Below are positions 1 through 10,383 of a DNA stretch of 64,000 nt, piece by piece (positions within the stretch are counted from its first letter, which is position 1; every line of letters begins with the position of its first letter). The DNA comes from Chlorobiota bacterium (lineage in GTDB: Bacteria > Bacteroidota > Ignavibacteria > Kapaibacteriales > UBA2268), in contig JBFHIJ010000012.1 of assembly GCA_041596515.1 (NCBI GenBank), positions 13,078 to 77,077 of the forward strand, in the 5' to 3' direction. The notes under the pieces were generated by a model. The model was given only the letters and a program-made list of their open reading frames with translations, did not search any database and had not been told where the DNA came from. The position numbers were made by a program, and so were the translations under genes.

Positions 1-1
1 G

Positions 2-139
2 AATTTAATGGAACAAATGAACGAAGAAAAAGGTATCACTTTTCTCTTTTCGTCTCACGATAAACAAGTGATGGACAGGGCTAAGCGATTGGTTATTTTA
101 AAAGATGGTATGATTACTGAAGATAATATACTGAGATGA
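2..139 (+). CDS. ABC transporter ATP-binding protein, C-terminal fragment (gene begins upstream of the window)
   Basis: The frame-2 translation is NLMEQMNEEKGITFLFSSHDKQVMDRAKRLVILKDGMITEDNILR*. This matches the H-loop (SHD) and tail of LolD/MacB-type ABC ATPases. The TGA stop overlaps the next ATG (ATGA). Confidence 0.7.
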   Translation, partial: NLMEQMNEEKGITFLFSSHDKQVMDRAKRLVILKDGMITEDNILR

Positions 140-1266
140 TGAAAATAACAATCTTATTTGTATTAATTCTTATCGCTCCGAAACTATTTGCGGTTGATTT
201 CGGAGTAAATGGCTACATATTTGAGATGCCTGCAATTCTTAATGTGCAAGACATTAAAGGCTCGGAGTATAAAGCTATAAACTTTACACGTGCAAGAGTC
301 AGACCGACTTTAGATTTGACTGAAAATTCCAGAATAACTGCTCATTATGAGTTAGATTTTTTGCTCTCAGAGCAGTTGCTGCCGGGAATGCCTAATATGA
401 GTAAAACTAATAGGCAAGCTATTTCTCTTTTTGATGAAATAAGTTCTGGAAATAAGTATAGAGTAAATCACTTTATAGATATGCTTTATTATAAACATCT
501 GTTCGATGATTTTGAATTTACTCTCGGGCGACAAATTATTTCATGGGGAAGTGGAAGAGTTTGGCAGCCAACAGATTTGTTTAATCCTATAAATCCTGCA
601 AATATCTTTAAATACGAACGAGATGGTGTTGATGCTTTAACAGCAAAATACTACTTAGGAGCTTTTTCTGATGTAGAAGTAGTTGTAAATTTCCGTGAGC
701 TCATGGAGGATAACAACTATGCCTTTAGGCTAAGAACAAATATTGCAAAATATGACATGTCATTTATGACAGGTTATTTTGATAAGCGTGCAGTGCTTGG
801 AGCAGATTTCGCAGGAAACTTATTTGATGCCGGTTTCAGAGGTGAAATGCTCTACTCCTTTGGAAATGATGAAGGTAGAGCAAAATATATTAAAACAGTG
901 ATTGGTTTAGATTATCAAATAACTTCAGACTTATATGCTTTAGTGGAGTATCAGTTTAATGGAGAAGGTAAAGCTGATAAAGCCAAATATGAATATTTAC
1001 GATTAGCATTTGGCGAAATACAAAACCTTAGTAGAAATTACTTTACGGAACAGATAGTTTACAAATTGGGAGCCCTGTGGGCTATTTCTGCCAGTATGCT
1101 TCAGAATATGAATGACGGAAGCGGATATTTTGGAGGAATATTAGAATATAGTTGGTTGCAAAATGTCAATCTTAAATGTGCCGGAATGTATTTTTATGGC
1201 TCCGAAAACGACGAATATGCTAACTATGGGACAGCAATGTATGGAATACTCGAGTTTTATTTTTAA
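136..1266 (+). CDS. Putative outer-membrane beta-barrel protein (alginate-export/DUF1302-like)
   Basis: Signal peptide MMKITILFVLILIAPKLFA. The motif LGRQIISWGSGRVWQPTDLFNP is typical of AlgE/DUF1302-type barrels. The sequence shows an alternating amphipathic strand pattern and an aromatic C-terminus (LEFYF). The start is coupled to the upstream ABC ATPase stop. Confidence 0.55.
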   Translation: MMKITILFVLILIAPKLFAVDFGVNGYIFEMPAILNVQDIKGSEYKAINFTRARVRPTLDLTENSRITAHYELDFLLSEQLLPGMPNMSKTNRQAISLFDEISSGNKYRVNHFIDMLYYKHLFDDFEFTLGRQIISWGSGRVWQPTDLFNPINPANIFKYERDGVDALTAKYYLGAFSDVEVVVNFRELMEDNNYAFRLRTNIAKYDMSFMTGYFDKRAVLGADFAGNLFDAGFRGEMLYSFGNDEGRAKYIKTVIGLDYQITSDLYALVEYQFNGEGKADKAKYEYLRLAFGEIQNLSRNYFTEQIVYKLGALWAISASMLQNMNDGSGYFGGILEYSWLQNVNLKCAGMYFYGSENDEYANYGTAMYGILEFYF

Positions 1267-1359
1267 ATTGAGTTCTAAGTGATGTTGTAAAGATATGAAT
1301 GTGAGATTATCATACTAAGCAGCATAGTTTGAGTACTACCTATGATTACAAGGAACAAA

Positions 1360-1899
1360 ATGATAATATTAGGAGTAGATCCGGGCTCAGTAGTTTGTGG
1401 ATATGGTGTGGTCAATATGCAAGGAAGTAATAAATTCACTTTAGTTGAATATGGAGTGATACATGCCAAAAAATCAACCCCGGAATTTTATGAAAGGTTG
1501 AAGGAAATTTACAAAAAGATTGATGCAATTATTCAAAGGACAAATCCTGACTGCGCAGCATTTGAGTCTATGTTTTATTCAAAAAATGTACAATCGCTAA
1601 TTAAGTTGACTCATGCTAGAGCGTCCGCAATATTAGCGGCTTCTATGAGTAATCTGCCAATATTAGAGTATACTCCAAAAGAAGTAAAAAAAAGTGTTAC
1701 AGGGCGTGGTGCCGCCTCAAAAGAGCAAGTATCTTTCATGGTGCGTCGTATATTGAATATCCAAGAAACTCCTGAATTCTTTGATGCAACTGATGCGCTT
1801 GCTGTAGCAATATGTCATGGATTGAAATCCGGAATGCCCAAGTCAAAAGGTAGTAGCTGGAGTGATTTTGTTAAGAATAATCCTGATAAGGTACTCTAA
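1360..1899 (+). CDS. ruvC: Crossover junction endodeoxyribonuclease RuvC
   Basis: MIILGVDPGSVVCGYGVV (catalytic Asp), an AFESMFY acidic motif, and C-terminal FFDATDALAVAICH. AAGGAA lies 6 nt upstream of the ATG at 1360. The ORF track extends to an ATG at 1342, which adds 6 atypical residues. Confidence 0.9.
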   Translation: MIILGVDPGSVVCGYGVVNMQGSNKFTLVEYGVIHAKKSTPEFYERLKEIYKKIDAIIQRTNPDCAAFESMFYSKNVQSLIKLTHARASAILAASMSNLPILEYTPKEVKKSVTGRGAASKEQVSFMVRRILNIQETPEFFDATDALAVAICHGLKSGMPKSKGSSWSDFVKNNPDKVL

Positions 1900-1904
1900 A
1901 ATAT

Positions 1905-4592
1905 TTATTTAGAAATAGGTACTGTAAAATGAAAAACAGACCCACTACCTAAAGTAGATTCCGCCCATATCTCACCATCGTTTTTCTCGATAAATTCTTT
2001 ACATAAAATGAGTCCTAAGCCTGAACCCGTTTCTTGGTTGGTTCCTTTTTGGACGTGGTGCGAGTCCAATCTAAATAGCTTTTTTAAGACATCACCTGAC
2101 ATACCAACTCCGGTATCTGATATACTAAATTTAACATTGCTATTAGTAGACTCCGTAGCGATTGTAATAGAGCCATGGTTAGGAGTGAACTTTACTGCAT
2201 TAGTTACAATATTTCTTAACACGGTTTCAATCATATTTTTGTCAGCACAGACACTACTGTTACAATTGAGTTCTTGCAAGATATGGATGTTTTTACTTTT
2301 TGCCTGCTCTATCGTAAATTTAATAGTCTCACTTACAACGGTGCTTACTATGAATCTTTCTTTATTGACTAATAGTTTGCCCTGCTGCGATTGAGCCCAG
2401 CTTAGCAAATTCTCCAGAGTAAGTCTAAGTTTTAAAGTATGAGTTTTCATGTTGTTAAGATATTGATCTGTTTTAGCTCTGTTGTTTTGTTTATGGAGCA
2501 TTTGTAGTATATCAATAGACAGTAATAATGCATGCACAGGGTTTTTCAAATCATGTCCGATGATGGAAAAGAATCTATTTTTTGTTTCATTAGCAATTTG
2601 AAGTTCCAGTTCAGAAGCTGTAAGTTGTTCATTAAGTCTTAAAAGTTTTTGTGTCTCTTGAGCTATAGACTCATTTAGTTCCTTAAGTTCCATATTAGAG
2701 ACTTCCAGCTCTTCAAGCGTAGCTTTAAGCTCCATAGTCTTTTCGTCTATAATATTTTCTAAGTTATGATTGAGTTCTTCAAGTCTTCTTTGTGCCTCTT
2801 TTTGTTCGGAAATATCAATGATTACACTTAATATAATTTCTGATTTATGGTCAAGTGAAAAGGTTTGGATATTTACTAAAGCATCAAATATTTCGCCATC
2901 CATTCTTTTCAAAGAGACTTCTACATTTCTAACAGTCTTTTGCTCTTTGATGTTATCAATAGAGTCTTTGACAAGTTCAAGATTTCCAGCAAGTAAGAAA
3001 TCTAAAATTGTGAGATTATCAGATAATTCTTTTATTTTGAACATTTGCATGCCACCGGGTGAAATTTCTCTTACTGTATAAGGTGGATCAATATCGTGCA
3101 AAATAAATGCTACATTGCGTGCAGTGTTATAGATATTTATCAATTTGTTTTTTTGAAATTTGAGCTGCTCAGTATATTTCTTTATTTCTGAAACATCTTC
3201 GATAACAATACATAAGTATTCTTTATTTAAAGGAATTAACCTAATATTTGCATAGATTTCAAAACTGCCAAGTATTAATCTGTCCGAAAAAGCTGATGCA
3301 TCACCAGTATCCATTGCTTCCGTAATTTGAGCTTTATAGTTTTGGAAATGAATTGGGTAAAGTTCCGATAGTTTTTTCCCCTTTAAATCTTTTTCTGTTA
3401 GATTAGTTCTCTTTTTTATTGTTTTTAAATAAGCAGTATTTGCTTCTTTCAAGATGAAATCTAAGACTTCATTCCTATTGTTTCTTATTATCTTTACTAT
3501 AGCAATAGCTTCTGGCAAATGTTTATAGAGTTGAGTAAACTTCGCATAGTCAATCTGCAATGCTTTTTGAACTTCTTTATCTAAATCCCTATGAGCGAAT
3601 ATAAATATTGAACCATAAATGTTATTATTGGAATCAAGTAAAGGAGAAGCATTGTAGTTAATTGTGTATTTTCTGCCGTTTTTTGATTTGAGAATAAATG
3701 CATCATTAGGAGCAAATACATTTCCAAATTGAATAATCTCTTTGATATCAAAGTTTGCTTGATATTTTGAAACTGCATTGGTAAGATTAATTATAGAATT
3801 GATATGTTGGGATTTTGCCAGTTCAAAATTCCAGCCTGTGAGTTTTTCTGCCATAGGATTCATTAAAGTTATTTTGCCGAAAGTATCGGTTGTAATCAGT
3901 GCTTCACCCATGCTTTTTAATACAGCTTCGGAAAACTGTTTCTGCTCAGATAGCAAGTCGTTTTTATTAATCAAACCTGTAATGTCAGTCGTCAGAGCTT
4001 GTACAAATATTTCTTCGTCTATTTCCACTGGCATCAGATTTACTTCAAGCCAAAATAATTTTCCTTTTTTACTTAAGTGCTGCCATTTGAATTTTTGATG
4101 ATTTCCAAGTCTGGCTTGTTCTATTAGATAATAGGAGTGCCTTGCAGAAAGACCACCCGGTTGTATCAGTGGAGAAAAGTCATAAGGAGTTGTACCTATT
4201 AGTTCATGCTTAGAACATTCGAATAATTCGAGACAAAAATCATTGCAATGATAGAATTTGCTATCTCTTAGGAAAAATATAGCAGATTTTGCATTGTTAA
4301 ATACTGAACTGTAGAATTTATCGAAACCGGACGATGTTGAATTAAAAAGAAAAAAGTCATAAGATTTGTTATCAAAGGAAATAGATGATTTAGTGTAACG
4401 TTTATCTTTTATAAAACTATCAAGATTAAAATTGGATTCGGGAACAATTCTAAATTGTTCAAAGAAATTAGAATTAGCAATACATTGAGATATATCAGAA
4501 TTTATCAGAAGTACAGAATCACCAAAAGCTTCAACAAATTTTAGTATTGTGGAGTCTGGTTTTACTTTAGAGTTAGCCAAATGTATTATCAA
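1905..4592 (-). CDS. Cytoplasmic multi-PAS sensor histidine kinase
   Basis: No TM segment. Several PAS-like modules (for example GEALITTDTFGKITLMNPMAEKLTGW), followed by a long coiled coil. H-box FFSIIGHDLKNPV, N-box NIVTNAVKFTP, G-boxes DTGVGM and GSGLGL. The annotated start is TTG, so the true start is uncertain. Confidence 0.85.
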   Translation of the reverse strand: MIIHLANSKVKPDSTILKFVEAFGDSVLLINSDISQCIANSNFFEQFRIVPESNFNLDSFIKDKRYTKSSISFDNKSYDFFLFNSTSSGFDKFYSSVFNNAKSAIFFLRDSKFYHCNDFCLELFECSKHELIGTTPYDFSPLIQPGGLSARHSYYLIEQARLGNHQKFKWQHLSKKGKLFWLEVNLMPVEIDEEIFVQALTTDITGLINKNDLLSEQKQFSEAVLKSMGEALITTDTFGKITLMNPMAEKLTGWNFELAKSQHINSIINLTNAVSKYQANFDIKEIIQFGNVFAPNDAFILKSKNGRKYTINYNASPLLDSNNNIYGSIFIFAHRDLDKEVQKALQIDYAKFTQLYKHLPEAIAIVKIIRNNRNEVLDFILKEANTAYLKTIKKRTNLTEKDLKGKKLSELYPIHFQNYKAQITEAMDTGDASAFSDRLILGSFEIYANIRLIPLNKEYLCIVIEDVSEIKKYTEQLKFQKNKLINIYNTARNVAFILHDIDPPYTVREISPGGMQMFKIKELSDNLTILDFLLAGNLELVKDSIDNIKEQKTVRNVEVSLKRMDGEIFDALVNIQTFSLDHKSEIILSVIIDISEQKEAQRRLEELNHNLENIIDEKTMELKATLEELEVSNMELKELNESIAQETQKLLRLNEQLTASELELQIANETKNRFFSIIGHDLKNPVHALLLSIDILQMLHKQNNRAKTDQYLNNMKTHTLKLRLTLENLLSWAQSQQGKLLVNKERFIVSTVVSETIKFTIEQAKSKNIHILQELNCNSSVCADKNMIETVLRNIVTNAVKFTPNHGSITIATESTNSNVKFSISDTGVGMSGDVLKKLFRLDSHHVQKGTNQETGSGLGLILCKEFIEKNDGEIWAESTLGSGSVFHFTVPISK

Positions 4593-4865
4593 TGTACATT
4601 CCCGAAAATTGAAAATTGTAGGAATGCAAAGTATATATTTGAAGTACTAAAGTAAAATAAAATAGCATTAAAATAATCTAAGTTGTAATTTTTTATAAGA
4701 CTAAAGATACTTAAGAAAATTTAGGGTAACCAATATTAAAAAATGTACGATACACTTTTAAAATACTTTAGAAAGCAATATATAAAAACATGTAAACTGT
4801 GAGATTGTTTATATATATTGAAAAATTAATATGTGTTTACTTCTGTACTATTAAAATAGATAAAA

Positions 4866-7800
4866 ATGAAACAAATATTTAAAATATCAGAAAATCATAA
4901 AGTCTTAAAGTATTTGACTAATCAGTCCTTTCAAATACTCACGCTTGTGATATTATCTTTCGTATTGTTTATATCTACATTCTATGTGTTGTTTTTACCA
5001 AAGTTAGAAGAGTCTTATTATGATTCGAGAAAGAAGTTATTAAAAGATATGGTTACAAGTGCTGAAGGTTTAGTATTTGACTATTACATTAGGTATGAAT
5101 CTGGCGAACTAACTGAAAATGAAGCAAAAAAGCGTTTAAAAAAGCGACTTGCATCGTTAAAATATGATAATAATTTCGGATATTTCTGGATTATTAATAG
5201 AGATGCTGTTCTGGTCAGCCATCCTTATTCTTTAAATATATTAGGCAAAAAAATTAGAGATTTGGAGAATACACCGGAAAAAGAAGTTTTGCTAAAAATG
5301 CATGAATTAGGTAAGGATAGTTCTGAAGGATATGTATACTATAAATGGACTCAACCGGGGAATATTTATATATATTCAGAGAAAGTAGCCTATATTAAAA
5401 TGTTCAAGCCTTGGGTATATATAATAGGAACCGGAGCTTATTTAGATGATATTAAACTGCAGATTCATGAGATGAATGTAAATATGTCACGAGCATTTTT
5501 AGTAATTGGGTTGATTTTGCTTTCCTTTTCCATTTATATAATAATAAGTATACATAGGTTAAATGCCAAAAAAGAAAAAGCATATAATCAATTATTTGCT
5601 ACAGAACTCAAATATAGCAATTTCTTTGATTCTACATTCCAGTTTATTGCTGTCCTTGATAAAAATGGGTATATACAAGAAATAAATAGATCAGCTTGTG
5701 AGTTTCTGGATTTGAACAAAGAAAAGCTACAAAATAAATTATTTTGGGATACTCCTTACTGGGCAACTGATTTGGAAGCGAAGCTGAAGCTTATTTCAGG
5801 TTTTCAAAAGGTACAAAAGGGAGAATTTATTAGATTTGAAGCTAAGCATAGTGACTTTAAAGGACGTTTCATTGTAGTGGATTTTTCTCTGAAGCCTCTT
5901 TTTGATGCTGAAGGTAATTTTATTCAGGCTATCGCCGAAGGCAGAGATATTACAGTTACAAAAAAAGTAGAATTAGCTTTAAAAATATCAGAGGAAAGGC
6001 TTTCCAAAGTATTGAATCAGTCTCCGATGGCAACTGTTATTTTTAATATAAAAGGTGTAAAATCATATAGCAATGAATCTTGGCATCACTTATGGAGTGA
6101 GAATTTAGGCTATAAAGAAGATTTTAATCTATATGAGGAAACTCAACATAAGAAGTTTGGTTATCCGGATGCATTTGATAAAGCACGAGCCGGTATTGCA
6201 TCTATGATTGGACCATTTCAATTTAAATCCCAAGATGTTGATAGTGATAATTCTTTGTGGCTCTATAGCTTTGTCTATCCACTTACTGAAAATGAAAGAG
6301 TTTCAGAGATTGTTATTCTGTATGAAGATCAAACTACCAGAATAAATGTTTCTAAAGCCTTGGAGCAAAGTGAACATTGGTATCGCTCCCTTTTTGATAA
6401 TGCAATTGATGGTATTTTAATTTTAGAGAATGATAGGATATTAGAAGCTAATCCTGAATTTTATAATTTGTTTAATTCTTCACCGGCTGTTATGAATGGG
6501 AAATCGATATATGATTTCTCTCAAGCAATTCAGTATAATAATGAGCCTGCAAATGAACTAGGTAATATGTTTTTGAATAATGCACTACAAGGACAGTCTG
6601 TAAATTTTGAATGGTTGCATAAAAGAGAAGATGGAACTACTTTCGATGCCGAGATATCACTTGCCAAGGTAGAATTCGACGAAAGAGTGCTAAGTATGGC
6701 ATTTATCCGCGATATTACAGAAAGAAAAAGAGCATATGATGCTATACAGTCTATGGTAGAAGCGGTAGCAGCATATACCGGTCAGGAGTTTTTTAATTCA
6801 GTCGCTTTAAATTTAAATAAAATATTGAAAAGTAATTACGCTCTTATAGGGGTATTGGAAAATGATAGCCTTGTAAATTCTATTGCTTTGGCAAAGAACA
6901 ACAGGATAATTGATAATGTTGTTTTTAGTGTAGAGGGCACCCCTTGTGAAAATATATTCAACAGTGGAATGGTAGTGTATCATGAAGATATTGCTAAAAT
7001 ATTTCCTAAAGACAAGGTACTGTCTGATTTGGGAATAGAAGGGTACGTCGGAACTCCGTTAATCTGCTCAAACAATAAACTAATCGGGGTTCTGTTAGCT
7101 TTATACGAAACTCCTATAGATGATGATATCTTATCAAAAGAGGTCTTACAAATATTTGCAGGAAGAATTGCTGCAGAAATGGAACGTGCAAATTACCAAA
7201 ATGAATTGATAAACTTAAATAAAACATTAGAAAAAAGAATTAATGAAAGAACTTATGAGCTACAACAAATAAATACAGAATTGAAAGATTTTGCTTATAT
7301 TGTTTCTCATGACTTGAAAGCACCGCTGAGAGGTATAAGCCAGCTTTCGGGGTGGATTCGCTCTGATTTAGAAGATAAATTAGAAACAGAAAATATAGAA
7401 ATGTTTGATTTGTTACAGTCCCGTATCAGAAAAATGTATACCCTTATAGATGGAGTATTAGATTATTCTAGAGTTGGCAGGATAGAAGATCAAGCTACTA
7501 TAATAGATATGAATGAACTATTGTTAGAACTATTTGAAATAGTGAAAGACGACAGAAGTTCTGCAATTGATATTGTTAATGTTTTACCTGTAATAAAAGC
7601 AGACAAAACTCGTATCTCTCAATTATTCCAAAACTTATTTTCTAATGCTTTCAAATATAACGATAAAGACGAAGTACTAATTACCATAGACTTTGCAGAG
7701 TCAGAAACACAATTTAAGTTTATAGTAACAGATAATGGTGTTGGGGTTGATGAAAAATACTTTACTAAAATATTTAATATATTTCAAACCATTGATGCCA

Positions 7801-7940
7801 GCGACGAAAATTCTACCGGAATTGGCTTGAGCATAGTAAAGAAAATTGTAGAGTATTATGGTGGCTCTATATTTGTAGAATCTAAAATAAAAGAAGGCAC
7901 TTCATTTATTTTAGAAATGAACAAAGACAAAGTTATGTAA
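4866..7940 (+). CDS. Membrane sensor histidine kinase (sCache-like / 3x PAS / GAF / HisKA / HATPase)
   Basis: TM1 is ILTLVILSFVLFISTFYVLF. The extracytoplasmic Cache-like region reads GYFWIINRDAVLVSHPY...GYVYYKW. TM2 is AFLVIGLILLSFSIYIIISI. PAS repeats and a GAF-like block follow. H-box FAYIVSHDLKAPLRGISQLS; ATP-binding boxes DNGVGVD and GIGLSIVKKIVEYYGG. Confidence 0.88.
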   Translation: MKQIFKISENHKVLKYLTNQSFQILTLVILSFVLFISTFYVLFLPKLEESYYDSRKKLLKDMVTSAEGLVFDYYIRYESGELTENEAKKRLKKRLASLKYDNNFGYFWIINRDAVLVSHPYSLNILGKKIRDLENTPEKEVLLKMHELGKDSSEGYVYYKWTQPGNIYIYSEKVAYIKMFKPWVYIIGTGAYLDDIKLQIHEMNVNMSRAFLVIGLILLSFSIYIIISIHRLNAKKEKAYNQLFATELKYSNFFDSTFQFIAVLDKNGYIQEINRSACEFLDLNKEKLQNKLFWDTPYWATDLEAKLKLISGFQKVQKGEFIRFEAKHSDFKGRFIVVDFSLKPLFDAEGNFIQAIAEGRDITVTKKVELALKISEERLSKVLNQSPMATVIFNIKGVKSYSNESWHHLWSENLGYKEDFNLYEETQHKKFGYPDAFDKARAGIASMIGPFQFKSQDVDSDNSLWLYSFVYPLTENERVSEIVILYEDQTTRINVSKALEQSEHWYRSLFDNAIDGILILENDRILEANPEFYNLFNSSPAVMNGKSIYDFSQAIQYNNEPANELGNMFLNNALQGQSVNFEWLHKREDGTTFDAEISLAKVEFDERVLSMAFIRDITERKRAYDAIQSMVEAVAAYTGQEFFNSVALNLNKILKSNYALIGVLENDSLVNSIALAKNNRIIDNVVFSVEGTPCENIFNSGMVVYHEDIAKIFPKDKVLSDLGIEGYVGTPLICSNNKLIGVLLALYETPIDDDILSKEVLQIFAGRIAAEMERANYQNELINLNKTLEKRINERTYELQQINTELKDFAYIVSHDLKAPLRGISQLSGWIRSDLEDKLETENIEMFDLLQSRIRKMYTLIDGVLDYSRVGRIEDQATIIDMNELLLELFEIVKDDRSSAIDIVNVLPVIKADKTRISQLFQNLFSNAFKYNDKDEVLITIDFAESETQFKFIVTDNGVGVDEKYFTKIFNIFQTIDASDENSTGIGLSIVKKIVEYYGGSIFVESKIKEGTSFILEMNKDKVM

Positions 7941-7952
7941 ATTTTGGGTTGA

Positions 7953-8510
7953 ATGTATTTTACAGTGATAGATAAGCAAAAATATAGTTATGCTATAAAG
8001 CTGAGTTTAATTGTTTTAGTCAGTTTGTTATTGCCAAAAACTTTAATTAATAGCGATATTGAATATGAAGTAAAAGCAAGTTTTTTTCATCATTTTTCAA
8101 AATCTATAACTTGGCCGAATATTGCAAACTCTAATAACTTTGTTATTGGAGTTTTGGGTGATAGCGAAATATTTGAGATTTCTCAAAAAATTTATAAAAA
8201 CTCCAAAATATTAAATAAAAACGTAATATTTGAAAAATTCACTAATCTTGATAAATGCGGTAACTGTAATATACTTTTTATTTCAAAAGACTTTAGTGGG
8301 GACATTGAGAAAGTTGTTACGATTTGTCAAAAGAACTCCGTTTTATCAATGGGCGAGAGTAAAGGGCTCGGAGAACAAGGCATTATGATAAACTTTTACT
8401 TTACTTACGAAGGAACTACGGCATTTGAAATAAATCCGAAGTCCATTATGCAAGCAAAGCTTGATTTTGACTTGCATCTCCTTAATTTAGGCAAGGTCGT
8501 AGGTGGTTAG
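7953..8510 (+). CDS. YfiR-like (DUF4154 family) periplasmic protein
   Basis: N-terminal hydrophobic signal, then EYEVKASFFHHFSKSITWP...FVIGVLGD...CNILFISKD...GIMINF...FEINPKSIMQAKLDF. This is colinear with the YfiR/DUF4154 pattern as I recall it. The gene starts 12 bp after the upstream kinase. Its TAG stop abuts the ATG of the next kinase. Confidence 0.75.
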   Translation: MYFTVIDKQKYSYAIKLSLIVLVSLLLPKTLINSDIEYEVKASFFHHFSKSITWPNIANSNNFVIGVLGDSEIFEISQKIYKNSKILNKNVIFEKFTNLDKCGNCNILFISKDFSGDIEKVVTICQKNSVLSMGESKGLGEQGIMINFYFTYEGTTAFEINPKSIMQAKLDFDLHLLNLGKVVGG

Positions 8511-10361
8511 ATGTTAAAAAAACTATCAATAAAATACAAACTTATTACAATAATCCTTGTTATTAGTTCTTTCGTAATTATGTTAGGAATGACTATCACT
8601 ATGATGAATAATATAATTATGCTAAAAAAACAGATTAGTAACCAATTTCAATTAAATGCTAAATTATATAGTCAGTCAGTAGCTCCCGGTATTGTTTTTA
8701 ATATGAAAGATAAGACTAAAGATATACTATCTCAACTAGAATATATTCCAAACATCACTCACGTCCAAATATATGATACTTCTTTTACAAAATTTGTTAC
8801 TTATACCAGAACCGGTTTTACAAATTTTAACTTGCCAAAATCAAAAAAGGAAAGTTATACCCATTTCGAAGGTGATGTCCTAAATGTTTTTGAGCCCATT
8901 CACTATATGGGAGAAGATGTTGGTGTTTTATTTATTAGATCAAACACACATCTAAGCGATAAAATATTAGATTCAGTATATATTATGATAATATTAATGG
9001 TAATATTATTTGTTATAGCCTATTTTATGGCATCTAAGTTACAAAAAATAATATCGAACCCTATTTTAGAACTCACAAATATTACAACAGAGATAACGGA
9101 TAATAGTGATTATTCAGTTCGTTTAAAGAATAAATACTATGATGAAATAGGACTGCTTTTTGACGAATTTAATCAGATGTTGGAGGTAATCCAGCATAGA
9201 GCTAAAGAGAGAGATATTGCAGAAGAAAATTTGAGAGATAGCGAGCTTAGATATCGCAGACTGACAGAAAATGCTAAAGATGCTATATTTAGAATATCTA
9301 TACCTGATGGATTTTATGAATATATGAGTCCTGCTATTTTGGAAATGACGGGATATACTCCTTCTGATTTTTACAAAGATCCGTTTTTTATGAAAAAAAT
9401 AATTCATCCATCATTTCATGCATGGTACGAAGCAGTATGGGGAGATTTGATTTATGGGAAATTGCTTCCTGCATATGAATATCAGATAGTAGATAAATTC
9501 GGAGAAATTCATTGGCTATATCAGCGTTCAGTAGTTGTAAGAGACAGCCAAGGTAAGCCAATTGCTCTAGAAGCTATTGCCACTGATATCACTGATCGAA
9601 AAATGATAGAAGAAGAGGTAAAAACGCTTAATGCAGAATTAGAAGATAGAGTGCAAAGAAGAACAGCTGAATTGCAATCGGCGAATAATGAATTGAAAGA
9701 TTTTGCTTATGTAGTATCACATGACTTAAAAGCACCTCTAAGAGGAATAAGTCAGCTTTCACAATGGTTTTTGCAAGATTATAAAGATGAATTAGATCCT
9801 GCAGGCCAAGAGTTAGCAGTATTATTGATAAAACGTGTGGATAGATTAAATAAGCTCATTAATGGTATATTGGAATACTCTAGAGTTGGAAGCGTTGTAA
9901 ATAAAGTTGAAAAACTCGATGTTGGAGAATTAATTCATGATGTTGTTGACTTGCTTAACCCTCCTGATAAAATGACATTTAATTATCCAATACATTTGCC
10001 TGTTATTTACGCAGATAGGATAAGAATAGAGCAAGTATTCCAAAATATTATCAGTAATTCTATAAAATATATCGACAAACCAGAAGGTAAAATTGAAATT
10101 ATATTCGATGAAGATGACAAATTCTATAGATTTGCGATAAAAGATAATGGAGTAGGAATAGAAAATAAGTATCATGAAAAAATATTTGGTATATTCCAAA
10201 CGTTAGAACAGAAAGAGGATAACGAAAATACAGGAATTGGACTTTCCATCGTAAAAAAAATTGTAGAGCTTTACGGAGGTACAGTTTGGGTAGAATCGGT
10301 GGTTGGTGAACAAACTATATTCCATTTTTCTTTATTAAAAAAAATAGTAGCATATGAATAA
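8511..10361 (+). CDS. Membrane sensor histidine kinase (periplasmic domain / HAMP / PAS / HisKA / HATPase)
   Basis: Two TM segments flank a periplasmic region of about 130 aa. HAMP reads ISNPILELTNITTEI...YDEIGLLFDEFNQMLEVI. One PAS domain. H-box FAYVVSHDLKAPLRGISQLS is nearly identical to that of the 4866 kinase. G-boxes DNGVGIE and GIGLSIVKKIVELYGG. Confidence 0.88.
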   Translation: MLKKLSIKYKLITIILVISSFVIMLGMTITMMNNIIMLKKQISNQFQLNAKLYSQSVAPGIVFNMKDKTKDILSQLEYIPNITHVQIYDTSFTKFVTYTRTGFTNFNLPKSKKESYTHFEGDVLNVFEPIHYMGEDVGVLFIRSNTHLSDKILDSVYIMIILMVILFVIAYFMASKLQKIISNPILELTNITTEITDNSDYSVRLKNKYYDEIGLLFDEFNQMLEVIQHRAKERDIAEENLRDSELRYRRLTENAKDAIFRISIPDGFYEYMSPAILEMTGYTPSDFYKDPFFMKKIIHPSFHAWYEAVWGDLIYGKLLPAYEYQIVDKFGEIHWLYQRSVVVRDSQGKPIALEAIATDITDRKMIEEEVKTLNAELEDRVQRRTAELQSANNELKDFAYVVSHDLKAPLRGISQLSQWFLQDYKDELDPAGQELAVLLIKRVDRLNKLINGILEYSRVGSVVNKVEKLDVGELIHDVVDLLNPPDKMTFNYPIHLPVIYADRIRIEQVFQNIISNSIKYIDKPEGKIEIIFDEDDKFYRFAIKDNGVGIENKYHEKIFGIFQTLEQKEDNENTGIGLSIVKKIVELYGGTVWVESVVGEQTIFHFSLLKKIVAYE

Positions 10362-10383
10362 TTTTGACCGAGTAGGTTTCTAT

